Assembly (NCBI RefSeq): GCF_009914755.1
Contig: NC_060944.1
Length of the DNA stretch: 64,000 nt
Reading direction: 5' to 3' (one strand)
DNA from: the human T2T-CHM13v2.0 reference genome, Homo sapiens
Each line of letters begins with the position of its first letter. The stretch's first letter is position 1. The notes beneath the pieces are model-generated. The model searched no databases and had not been told where the DNA came from. It was given only the letters and a program-made list of their open reading frames with translations. Positions 27,278 to 46,320 of this stretch are shown piece after piece. A program made the position numbers and the translations under genes.

Positions 27278-28199
27278 CTGTAATATGTGTACTATATTCC
27301 TATTTTACAAATGAGACAATTGAGGCCAGTTAATTTGCTTGTCCCACAGAGATTATGTGGCATGGCCAGACTCACTGAACCTGTGCGGCCTGATGCCCAA
27401 AATGCTATTTTAACCACGAGTGATACTGTCTTCTGGGATAAGAGGTTCCCTTCCAAATCAGGGGGTACCTGATTGGTGTAAAAGCCTGTAACCCTTCAGA
27501 GGTGAGCACCAAAGTTTGACCAGGAGATAAATTGAAAATCTGCTACAGTGGAGGCCATCTGATTTCTGTCAGATAGATCTTTAAGCTCACTGGCTGTTAA
27601 AATTTGGTGTACAGTGGGTTACCCCTTACTGTAAGGGAAGAAAGGTATAGTTTAAAGTGTGGCCAGTACTAAAGAACGATGTGTGTTTCCTAGAACATAT
27701 GAGTAGGCCTTGTGGTTTACAGGACAGCCAAGACAGGGCAATGAGCAATTCCACTCAAACAGCAAACTGGAGGGGGCAGCATTTGGTGCTCAGCAAATAC
27801 CTGTTGAATGAAGAAAAAAAAAAGAAGAAAGAGTAAATTCAATACCATAGTCAATAGTGGAGGAATTTTTTTGAGATATCAATTTGGTTTTATTTTAATC
27901 TGGTATTTTTCTTAGTATTTCAGACTGCTTTATAGGATGAAGCCAGATACGTTTTGGGTAATGAAGTGGTGATTAAAAAGTGTCTAAGCAATGGGCTCAG
28001 GAATATCCCAGGAGAGAGAACCAGAGGGTCTATGATAAAGAAAGCATGTAGTTTTTTTTTTTTTTTTTTTTTTTAAGGACAAGATTACTGCAGAGAATCA
28101 GAAAGTAGGATCAGAAGGCAATCTTGAGTAAAACCCTTCCATTTTGACAAATGCAGGGCATAATATAGCCTCAAAATTTTGATTTTTAAAAATTAATTT

Positions 28200-32353
<4,154 letters not shown>

Positions 32354-33367
32354 TGAACCTGCTAGTGTGTATCTCCTTGGGTACCCATTTCAGAGCTTTC
32401 CAGGATACTCATTTAGGAGTGGAATTGCTATCTTTGTAGTAGATCACATTTTAAACTTTACAAGATTTAGCAAGATTACTCGCCAAAGAAGTATTATTTA
32501 AAGAAGTATATTCCTGCCAGCAGTGTATAAGTACCATTTGTAAATTTCCTTGCCAACTTTTGATATTTTCAGACTTTATTCATTTGTTTATTTTTGACTA
32601 CGATGATGGCTGTGAATGATGTATTTGTGGATTTCATTTTAATTTTCTTGAATTCAGCGATATTCAGCACCTTATCCTACAGCTCTCCAGGTTTCTTTCT
32701 TTGTGAATTGCCTGTTCACATTTCTGGCCCATTTTTCTATTAGGTTTACCTATGGTTTTAAAAAATTAGTTCATAGGAGTTCTTTACGTATTCTGGATAC
32801 TGATCTTGTGTCCGGGTTGGGTCTTCTCTCTGTGGTTTGTCATTTTACTTTGTCAATGGTGTCTTGTCATTCAAAAGTTTTAAATTTTAATTGAAATGTT
32901 TCAACATTCCCCTTTATGGTTCGTATGTAGTGTCTTGTTGAAGAACGTCTTTCCCAGTGTCATATAGATAGTCTCCTTGGTAAATACTACCATGATGTCA
33001 GTTTGGTAGATGAGTCAACTGAGGCACTGAGAGCTTAAATGACATGCTCAGGGTCACAGACCACTGGAGATGAGAGACTTGAGCTCTTGGTCCCTGGGTT
33101 GCACTGCACTCCACGGTTCCAGAACTTTTTGCCATCCTATTCTGCTGCTTGTTTCATGAGAACTCTTGTCAGCCTTTTTCCGTAGGTAGAGAGGGTGTGC
33201 AGAGCTCAGAAAGGATGCAGGTTTGGTGCAGTTTTTATTTACTCCATAATGAAGCACCCATAATGAAGCACCTGGCTCTAGACTTTAGGATTTTTAAAAA
33301 GATTTAAATTATTTAAAACAACTTCAGATTTATAGAAAAGTTTCAAAAAATAGTATAAAGAATTATC

Positions 33368-34405
<1,038 letters not shown>

Positions 34406-34504
34406 AGAGAGAAAAAGAGAGGGAGAGGGAGAGGGGAAGAGAGAGAGAGAGAGAAAGTAAGAAAGAGAGAAAGAGAGAGAGAAAAAGAAAGAAAGAATTT
34501 CTGG

Positions 34505-35765
<1,261 letters not shown>

Positions 35766-36654
35766 CTAGGAGACAGGCACCGAGAGTGGGTGAGAAGAGG
35801 TTTCTGCATCCTTTACAGACTCCACGGCCTTCTGGGACCTGCCTATGCTGCCCCAGGGAATATATCTAGTGTGCCATGCAAACAGATATCCCACTCTCCA
35901 GCTTCCTTGGCCCAAGTATATTGAGGGAATTTACCATTTATGAAGTCTTGGTGGGTCAGAACACAAGCTGTGGAATCTGCATCGTCCGTGTTCACTTCTT
36001 TCTCCACCACTTCCTAGCTGGGCAAACTTTGGCTTTAACCTCCCTGCACCTCACTTCCTTCATCTGTCAAAGCCGTGTAAGAATAGTCAGGAGGTCAGGA
36101 TGAAGTAAGTTAAGTTAAATGAGGTAGCACGTATCACTCTTAGAATCATGCCTGGCTCATCGTGTAGGCTCATTAGCTCATAGATCTCACCTTCTCTAGG
36201 TTCACTTGATGACATCACACTTTGTGTCTTCTTATAGATTTGCTTGTTCTATTTGTTAGACTATTCCTAGAAAGCAGAGGCCCTTGGGTTTTCATGGGCT
36301 ACTCTGTTGACAGAGGGAATAAACTTCACTGATCATTGAGTGATCATTGAATTCTGGTCCACTAGGACATTGGAGTGGGGGTAGAGGGGACTTTGTTGGG
36401 ACCATATCAAGTTTCTGGTGAGCCCCAACAGAACTAATAGCTTCTCAAAGCGAGATTCTGTAAAACACAGTGAATCAGAATGGAACTGCACACACTTGAC
36501 AAGCTCTGTTGTATGTTGATAGAGGTGGCTCAGAGAGTTGTTGAAAGACTACCCTAAAGTCTCTCCCGGCCAGTAGAGAGCTTCTTTGGCAGGGTTACCT
36601 GGCTTGAAGCCCAGCCTCAGTGACACCTACCATGTCAGCATAGCTCTGTACAAC

Positions 36655-37110
36655 TGTGCTAGTCAGAATAATGACTCCCTGAAGAGGTCCACGCCCTGAT
36701 CTCCGGAACCCGTGAATATGTCACCTTAAACGGCAACAAGAACTTTGCAGATGTCATTGATCTTGAGATGGGGAGACAGTCCTAGATTACTTAGGAACAC
36801 TCAATGTAATCACGAGAGTTCTTATAAGAGGGAAATAGGAGGCTCAGAATCAGAGAAGATGTGATGATAGAAGCACAAGAGGGCGGGAAGGAAGGAGGCA
36901 TGGGCCAGAGGAGAGAAAGATGCTACACTGCTGGCTTTGAAGACAGAAGATGGGGCCATAAGCCAAGGAAAGCAGGTGGCTTCTAGAAGCTGGAAAAGGC
37001 AAGAAAACAGATTCTCCCCCAGACCCCCCAGTCCTTCTGACCCATTTTTGACTTTGGACTGTCTTCTCTCCAGAAGACTAAATAAATGCATGTTTTCTTT
37101 TTCTAATTTT
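36655..37110 (+). mobile_element. MLT1D-like MaLR LTR
   Basis: cagaataatgactccc...cccgtgaatatgtcacc...ctttgaagacagaagatggggcc...aataaatgc. Confidence 0.8.
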
Positions 37111-37245
37111 ACCATGGCTTACTTTTTTCCCTTTTAATAATTAAACCTTTAATCCAATTAAAATCAGTTTTTGATGCATGACGTCATGAGTAGGTGTAAT
37201 TAGATTCTTTCTCCCTTTTAATAATTAAATCTTTAATCCAAATAA

Positions 37246-37570
<325 letters not shown>

Positions 37571-40527
37571 AATCAGTTTTGATGCATGAAGCCATAGGTA
37601 AGTGTAATTAGATTCTCTCTCTCCTCAAATAATACTGCTTAACCATTTTTGTGTTTCTTATTTACCGCATACATTATTTTCTACAGGAGGATCAAGTTCA
37701 GGGATATCAATTGTTTCTATAGCTGTCTCTTTTTGAGGCATTCTGTACTGTTTCAATTATGTTACTCTAGATGGAAATATTTAGATATTCTGTTTCCAGA
37801 AGCCATGTGAAGTATGCTTGTGAAAATATTTAAAGAGAATTATCTTTGATGTAGGTAAGCGAATCTTGTTTGTGCTACTCAAATGACCAGATTAATCTGA
37901 TTAATGCCCTCCTTCACTTGAAATTCAAAGGATCCATTTTCCAATTTGCCTACAAGTGTTGGGGTATATAAATAGAATGTAACTCTAATAATCATACAGA
38001 AAGGTAAAGTAAAATGTCAGAGTCAGGCAGCTCAGCTGAGTTGGTGGCTCACTGTTTCCTGAAGATTTTTATTCATTGAGTCCAGGGTAGAACTTGAGAA
38101 TATTTATTTATTTTTTTTAAAAAAAAGCTCTCTCAGGTTTGCAAACCGCTGGGCTGGTTTACAAATTAAAACTGCAGAGATAAACTACCTAAAAGCCATT
38201 TTCCACATGTCACCAACTTTCAGGGTCCCTCACAAATAACCCAAACTGAGAATGTTAAATCTCCCTTATGAGGGTTAGAAGTAGATAACTGGCCAAGTCA
38301 GTAGAGACAGAATTTGAAGAATAAGTTTTCCAAATTCAAAACTTAGTGGTGTTAAGTAACTATTTTATCCTTATTCATAGTTTCTGGAAATCAGGGTTTC
38401 CAGAGGGGCTTGGTTAGGCAATTTTTCTTCACATAGTCTTAGGGCCTATCCACGTGGTCTCTGCACAGGCTGTGGAGAGAGGGCTTCCTCACTTCATGGC
38501 GACCTCAGAGCAGTTGTGCTGCTCACATGAAGCTCAGGGCTCTGAGGGAGTGGCTAAGAGAACCAGGCAGGAGCTGTATTGCCTTCTATGACAGTTTCAA
38601 GAGTCACATAAGCCTGGCCAGATTCAAGGGAAGGGAGCGTAGAACCCCATCTCTCAATGGGAAGAATATCAAAGTCCCACTCTGAGATATGGTTGTGGCC
38701 ATCACTGGGAAATGCAGTCTGCCACAGTGGAGTCATCTGTTGCCCCCACATCCAGTGCACCAGAGCCTTTCTCTCAAATCTTTCTCGAATCTATCCACTT
38801 CTCTATGTACCCCTGCCCACCACTAGTCCAAGCCATCATCATCCCTAGCTCGGACCCCTTTGACTGCCTCCAAACCAGGGCCCCCAATTCCACTTTTCTT
38901 TCCCTTCAATTCTTTCTCTTCTGCAGCTAGAGTGATATTTTTATAAAACAAATTTAATTGCACTCCCCATTGTTCTCAGAATAATAATAAAGCTGCCTTC
39001 AAGGCCCTGCGAGATCTGTATACTTTCTGCCTTCCAGACTTATCTTATCCCACTGTGCCCCTTGCTTTCCAATCTGCAACCCCATTGGTATTCTTTCAGG
39101 TCCTACATCCACCATGTTCTTTCCACCTCAAGGCCTTTGTACCTCCCATTTCCTCTGCTTAAAATACTTCCCCAGCCCCTTTCCTACCTCTCCCCGCTCC
39201 CTCCTCCCTTTCACCTCTTTAACTCCTACTCCTCCTGAAGAATGAGTCTTTGCAGATATAGTTAATATGGGGTCATACTGCATGGGGGGGGGGGCGCTAA
39301 TTCAATGCTGGTGCCTTAATAAGAAGAGAGAAATGTAATTGAAATCTTACTCCCCTGCACTCAGAGTAGAGAGGGAGTATGGCATGGTAGCTAGGAGCAC
39401 AGACTATGGATTCAGACTTCTTGGCTCTAAATCCTGGCTCTACCATTTACTGGCTGTGTGACCTTGGGGACGTACCTAACCTCTCCGTGCCTCAGTTTTT
39501 TCCTTTGTAGAACAAGGATGGTAACAGTACCTGTCTCAAAGGATTGCTGTGAATGTTGGTGAGTTAACATAGGTCAAACACTGAGAAAAACGCCTGCCAC
39601 TTAATGCTAAATAAGCTTGGCTGGTAGTAGTTTGTCATCTTGTTGCATGCTCTTATAGGATGGTGCATTTCTCTTTTCTACCATTTGCTCAATCAGAGAC
39701 CAGATAATGGGATGTGAGGAGATGTTTCCTATTGTCTCCTAATCTATGACTTTAGACCCACAGCTGAGGATAAACGGGTGCTAAATATATTATGAACCTT
39801 AACCTGGGGTTCATGAACTTGGATGGAAAAAATTTACTCCTTTATTTTCATTGACCTCTAACTTAAATTAAGCATTTCTTTTGATCATGAATGTAGGCAA
39901 TAAACTACAGTAGTGTTAGCAGGGCCTGCTACATTGTCACCAATAGAAGGCACAGATATTTCTATTTGATATCACACTAGAGTTGCTGCTGCAGATGTCT
40001 TGAATTATTGTTTGCACACATCATTACTCTGAAATTATGGAGGTTTTAGGCTTGCCACTAGAGCTTGTTATTTAATCCTGTATTAAAGAGGCATATATAT
40101 ACTATATCACATACTTGTCTTAATATTTTGATAACTATATTTCAATATAACTGGTCTTCTTTATAACTCTCTCATATTTTACATTTACAAAGATTTTTCT
40201 GAGAAGAGTCTGTAGGATTCTCCAGATGGCCAGAGAAATCTACAACACAAAGAAAACTTAAGAATCCTGTTTTAAAGAAAGTAGCCAACAACTTGGGTGA
40301 AAAGCTCTTTTAAGGGCATATTAAGAGGTGAGTGCTTTCTTTGAGTCAGCCATAGTGCTGAGGACTTTATATATATCTTCATTTAATCCTCCCAACACCC
40401 TTAGAAGTAGGTATTATTATTTATTCCCATTTTATAGACGAGAAAATTGAGGCTCAGAAGAGTAGGGATATTACCCAAGGTCACAGAGTAGTATGTTAAT
40501 GGCAAAGTCGTATAAATCATTTGAGTT

Positions 40528-40812
40528 GGTTAGGCGCAGTGGCTCACGGCTGTAATCCCAACACTTTGGGAGTCTGGGTGGATCACGAGGTCAGAAGTTC
40601 GAGATCATCCTGACCAACATGGTGAAACCCCTTCTCTACTAAAAATACAAAAATTAGCCAGGCATGGTGGTGCGCGCCTGTAATTCCAGCTGCTCAGGAG
40701 GCTGAGGCGGGAGAATTGCTTGAACCCTGGAGGCGGAGGTTGCAGTCAGCTGAGATCATGCCACTACACTCCAGCCTGGGCAACAGAGCGAGATTCCATC
40801 TCAAAAAAAAAA
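40528..40812 (+). mobile_element. AluS
   Basis: Alu consensus plus poly-A. Confidence 0.9.
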
Positions 40813-41929
40813 ATCCTTTGAGTCTTTGCCACTACCTTGCAAAGTAAGTACCTCATACTTTCATTTTACAGATGAGGAAACTGAGACTCAAAAAGATAGA
40901 GTCATTTTATTTCTCACTGTTAAGTGATATAGTCAGGATTTAAACCCATTTCTGTGAGACTACTAAGCCCACATGTTCCACTGTACCTGGCAGGGTTAAT
41001 TACAGGTACCATGGAAATATAGCCTGGGAGAGCTGGTGGTTTATCAGATACCTTTCTATGGCATCCATCAGGATCAAGTAGTTTGGAAAGAAATTATTAC
41101 TTTTACTGTTTTTGCTGTGGGGTGACAGAACTGTGCGGGGAATGTCTTTATGGATGTGAAATTCACGTCAGCATTTGGAAAACTCCATTAGCCACTATTG
41201 TCTAGACTAGGGAGTTAAAAGTAGGAAGCAAGAGATAAAAGAATACATGGGTAGGAAGTTCTGTGTTGGCTCATGCTGAAACGGAAAGAATCATTATTTT
41301 GAAACCATTAATGATGAACTTGGTAAGGATCAAAGTAGTCTCGTGATCTGTAAATCTAATGAAATGAAAATGAGGTAATGGTATGTTTTATAACTACGGA
41401 GGATCTGAGAAGCTGGAAATTATCTCAGCGTGAATACTGTAAGAGAAGAGGGAACAATGGAAGCCATCTAGAAAAGAATCTTTATTCAGCTTTATTTATA
41501 GCAGGTATTCGTCTTGTCTTTCAATACAGGGATCACAAAGGAGTTTGTTTCACCTTGCTGGGTGTATGAAAATACAACAGTTGTCACAGTCCCTGCTGCT
41601 TCCTTCCATGGAACTTAACACGTACAAAGGAGGGAAAGGTGGAGACCTATGATGAGGGGGATGAATAGCTCAGGCTGGGAGGGGAGACTGGAGGTAAGAG
41701 AGACTGGGGAGAAGAAAAGACCTAAGAGAGATTCTTTCCACCATTTCCCAACCCCCTTTCTCTAATTTTTTACTTAAAAAAAAATTTTTTTTTTACAGAG
41801 ATGGGATCTCACTATGCTGTCCTTACTGGTCTCAAACTCCTAGGCTCAAGTGATCCTTCCTCCTTGGCTTCCCAAAGTGCTGGGATTACAGGTGTGAGCC
41901 ACTGCACCTGGCCCCAACCCCTTTTCTCT

Positions 41930-42137
41930 AGACCTGAGCTATCTAACATAGTAGCTACCAGCTATATGTGGCTTTTTACATTTGATAAAAGTCAATACAA
42001 TAAAACCCCCACTTTCTTGGTGGTACTAGCCACATTCCAGATGTTCAACAAGCACATGTAGCTAGTGGTAGCTACCATATTGAATGGCATAAATATACAA
42101 TGTTTACATCATCACAGAAAGTTCTATTGGACAGCAC
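41930..42137. mobile_element. MER3/MER33-like hAT element
   Basis: gtagctaccagctatatgtggct...gttctattggacagcac. Confidence 0.7.
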
Positions 42138-43168
42138 AAATCAACACTCCAATCCACCTAGATGTTTAGGAGTATTTAAAGCCTAGGACAAGGGAAATGC
42201 CATGACTGTAACATCCCTGGCCCAAAGGATGACAGAGAATAGAGTCTTTGAAATGGGGCATAAGGGTCCCAGTTTCCTGGGTGACCATAGGCTAGCTACT
42301 TCTGTTCTCTAGAACTCAGTTTTCTAATATTAAAGAGTAATACCATTTTTTATTAGACATTATGTGAGAAAATCACATAGTTAACTTAGTCCTTATAATA
42401 ACCATGTGAGCTCTTAGGCTCATTTCACAGAGAAGAAACTAGAAGTTAAGAATATGCTCAAGGACACACAGTCAGTAACAGAATCAGATTTTGGGCCAGG
42501 CCTATGACTTCAGAAATTACACTTTTACTCATCGATCGATGCTGCCTCCTGCTGCTAGTTCCTCATTTGTAAATCAAAGTGCCTTTGCTGTATTCTCCCA
42601 GAAACAGAAACTGAGACAAAGATTTGAGTGCAAGTAGCAAGTAGTTTCTTTGAGAGGTGACTCCGGGGAGCACTGATGGGGTAATGGGGAACTGAGACAG
42701 AGAGGAGAAGGAAGCCATTACAGGGTGGGTGAATGAGCAGGTTACACAGTGGGCAACTGTGGCTTCACCTTGACTGGACAGACAGCGTAGAACACATACC
42801 TTTTAGTTATCCCAGCTGCGGGGAAAGGCAGCTGCGGCATTGATCCACCAACTCCTCATCTGTCATTGGTAGAAGGCTGCATTATCTCCAGCCCTTCTGG
42901 CCTGCCCTCTGAAGGGCTAAACATGCTCTTGTGGCCAAAAAAGGCTCTGGGGCAGAAGGTCACAGGTGCTTGAGATAGGGGACAGGAAGAGTGGGAACAG
43001 TGAATATGGAAGGCCTGAGGGTGGAGTACCAACAAGGTGCTACATGGGGATTAGATTAAGTCCTCTTTCTGCTCTAACCAATTAGTGGCTAGCGGTGCTA
43101 GTACTAGGTATTATTAGGTATTTTTACATCATAAAACCTGAAAGCATAATGACTACAATCTACCAGAG

Positions 43169-43514
43169 CAGGGATCCCCAACACCCCGGCTGTGGACCGG
43201 TACCAGTCCGTGGCCTGTTAGGAGCCGGGCGCCCAGCAGGAGGTGAGCGGCTGGCTAGCGAGCATTACAGGCTGAGCTCTGCCTCCTGTCAGATCAGCGA
43301 TGGCATTAGATTTTCATGAGACTGCGAACTCTATAGTGAACCGCGCAGGTGAGGGATCTAGGTTGCGTGCTTTTTATGAGAATCTAATGTCTGATGATCT
43401 GAGGTGGAACCGTTTTATCCAAAACCAGGAACCATCCTTCCCAACCCCTCTATCCGTGGAAATATTGTCTTCCACAAAACTGGCCCCTGGTGCCAAAAAG
43501 GTTGGGGACTGCTG
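43169..43514. mobile_element. MER1B-like hAT DNA transposon
   Basis: Terminal inverted repeats cagggatccccaac / gttggggactgctg; ggaccggtaccagtccgtggcctgttagg. Confidence 0.85.
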
Positions 43515-45289
43515 TACCAGAGCCTATCTGTAGAGGAGAGACTGGAGATACAATTAGACATCTGAGCTGATTTTCAACATGGATGACAGAGTAAAGGGTT
43601 AATATTCAGGGCTGGGATTTTGTCTAGTTCACGTGACCTAGTAAGTGCTCAATGCATATTAGTTGAGTGACTACATGATTGAATAAAGTTAATATGAAAC
43701 AGACAATTTAATAGAAAATGGACAAAGGATATATACAGTTAGTTCACAGAGGAGGATATCCAAATGGTTGATAAACATTTGATAGGATCCTCAACTTCCC
43801 TAATAATTGAGGAAATGTAAATAAATGCAGCAAAGAGATCTCTCTCTTCACCATCAAATGGTCAAATATTAAAATGAATGATAACATTTAGTACTGGGGA
43901 GAAGGCAGAGTAAAGGTCCCTTCAAACATATGAATTTCCCAAGGTTTTTGGAAAGTATCTTTAAAATATCTGTTAGCATTTACAATATAAATACCCACAA
44001 ATTCCTTCTAGAAATCTATTGTATAGAAATAAAAACACACGTGCCTAACCATACGTGTAAAAACATTGTTGCAGCCTGCTTTGCAGTAGAGAGAACCTGG
44101 ATGCAACCTGAATGTACATCAACAGGAAAATGGTTAAATTGATTGTGACAAGTCCACACCATGGAATCTTACACAATTATTTTAAAGAAAGAATGTGTAC
44201 GATCTGTATCTACTAACCTGGAATTATTTCCATGATATATTATTAAGTGACAAAAATGACTGCAAAAAAAGATAGAGATTCCTTTTCTTATTAAATGAAC
44301 AAATATATTCTTAAATGTGTAGACAGATATTTATCAGGCTATTATGGGGAGAGAGGTGTAAAGATAGATAAAGAAAAAAAAAATACATGCCAAGGCGGGA
44401 GGATTACTTGAGTCCAGGGGTTTGAGGCTGCAGTGAGTTATGATAGTGCTACTGTACTGCAGCCTGGGTGACAGAGTGAGACCCTGTCTCCAATAAAAAA
44501 AATAGGAAAAGAAAAGAAAAAATAAAAATAGGAGTTTATAAAGGTGGAAATAATATACGTGGTCTAATATTATAGGAAAATGTAAAATAGATAATCTATT
44601 TATGATATCCCTTGGAAAGAAAAATCTGAAGGTCCCTATAGGCAAGGATTAAAAGGTGGCACACGCAAATGTACAAACCAAAATGCTGATTTCATTATGA
44701 GATGGGACCATGGATTTTTTTGGTCTGTAATAAAGCGCCTGTTTCATATTTATCTTGAGTGGGAAAGTCTCGATTACTCACTGGGCTATGGCTGCATGAA
44801 AATATACAGAATTGTATCTCTTGATCCTGATTCTCAAAGTGCTTTTTTCTTTTCCCCAGCTAATTCACTGGGCAGAAGTTGCCTTCTAATGGGTCTTTCT
44901 TCACGGTCTGGCATTTTTAAGGCAATCAGAACTTTGAGGATGTTTTCCCTGCATTATTGGGCCAAAAACTATCTGCCCTCTCTGGTTCTTACGTTTGGTG
45001 TGTGCCCAAAATTAGGAAGAGCAAGGGGAAAGGAGAAAAATGTCATCCTGCATAGAGAACAACAAGTTGTGCCGAGTGTTCTGAGGGAACATTGCAGGGC
45101 AGATGGATTGTTCTGGATGTTCAGGATGTGTACCCTTCTTACTTGAGGGGAAGGAGGGCAGGAGGCTTGACAAGGAAGCCAAGGAGGCATAGAATGTGCG
45201 TTGTAAGCCAAGTGTGGCCACTCTGATTCCTTTCCCAAGACTTTGAACCTCGAAGGAGTGATGCTCAAGTTCAGGGGTAGTTAGAGATT

Positions 45290-46320
45290 GTGTTCATTAT
45301 CTATTGCTGGGTAAGAGGTTGACCTGAAACTTAGTGGCTTGAAACAAGAAAACATCTATTATCTCACAGTTTCTGTGGGTTAGGAATCCAGAAGCAACTT
45401 AGCTGGGTGGTTCTGATTAGATCACCACTGGGATCAATGTGTCAGCTGGGGCTGAAGTCATATGAGGCTTGACTGCTGCGGGAGGGTCCACTTCCACTTC
45501 CACTTCCACTTTCACTTCCTATGTGGCTGAGGGCTGGAAGCTTTGAATCCTTGCCATATGGACTTCTCCATAGGCTGCCTGAGTGCTGAGTGTCCTCATG
45601 ACATGGCAGACAGCTGCTTCCCCAGAGGGCCTGGAGACAGTGCAGGGGGTGGGGGAGAGGGGAGAGAGAGAGAGAGAGAGAGGAGAGAAGAGAGAGAAAG
45701 GAGAGAGAGAAGAGAAGGAGAGAGAAAGAAGAGAGAGAAAGAGAAGAGAGAGAGAAAGGAGAGAGAAAGAAGAAGGAGAGAGAGAAGAGAGAAAGGAGAG
45801 AGAGAAAGAAGAGAGAAAGAAAAGAGAGAAGAGAAAGGAGAGAGAGAAAGGAGAGAGAAGAGAGAGAAAGAAGACAGAGAAAGGAGAGAGAGGAGAAAAG
45901 AGAAGAGAGAGAGAAGAGAGAGAGGAGACAGAGAAGGGAGAGAGAAAGAAGAGAGAGAAGAGAGAAAAAGAAGAGTGAGACAGTGCACACATAAGATGGA
46001 AGCCTCAGTCCTTTTATTTTTATTTAATTTTTTTGTAGAGATGAATTATTGCTGTGTTGCTCAGCTGGTCTAGAACTCCTTGCTTTAAGTGATCCTTCCT
46101 TTCTTGACCTCCCAAAGTGTTGGAATTACAGGCATGAGCCACTGCACCTGACCTCAGTGGGTTTGTAACCTAACCTTGATGTGACCTACACTCACTTCTG
46201 CTGGTTTCTGTTGGTCACACAGACCAACCCTGGTACAATAAGGAAGGGGACTACATAAGGGTGTGAAGACCAGGAGGTAGGGATTGTTGAGGGCTGTCTT
46301 GGAGGTAGGCTGGCACAGAG
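45290..46320 (-). mobile_element. MLT1(F-like) MaLR LTR interrupted by a GA tract and an Alu monomer (~46015-46155)
   Basis: aaacttagtggcttgaaacaa...tctcacagtttctgtgggttaggaatcc; cacttctgctggtttctgttggtcacacagaccaaccctg. Confidence 0.75.
45651..45975 (+). repeat. ~325-bp polypurine (GA-rich) low-complexity tract
   Basis: Almost exclusively G/A on the plus strand. Confidence 0.97.

Noticed and set aside
45442-46073. Several 130-180 aa ORFs (ER/K-rich or LS/F-rich)
   Set aside because: They are translations of the GA low-complexity tract, which simply lacks stop codons.
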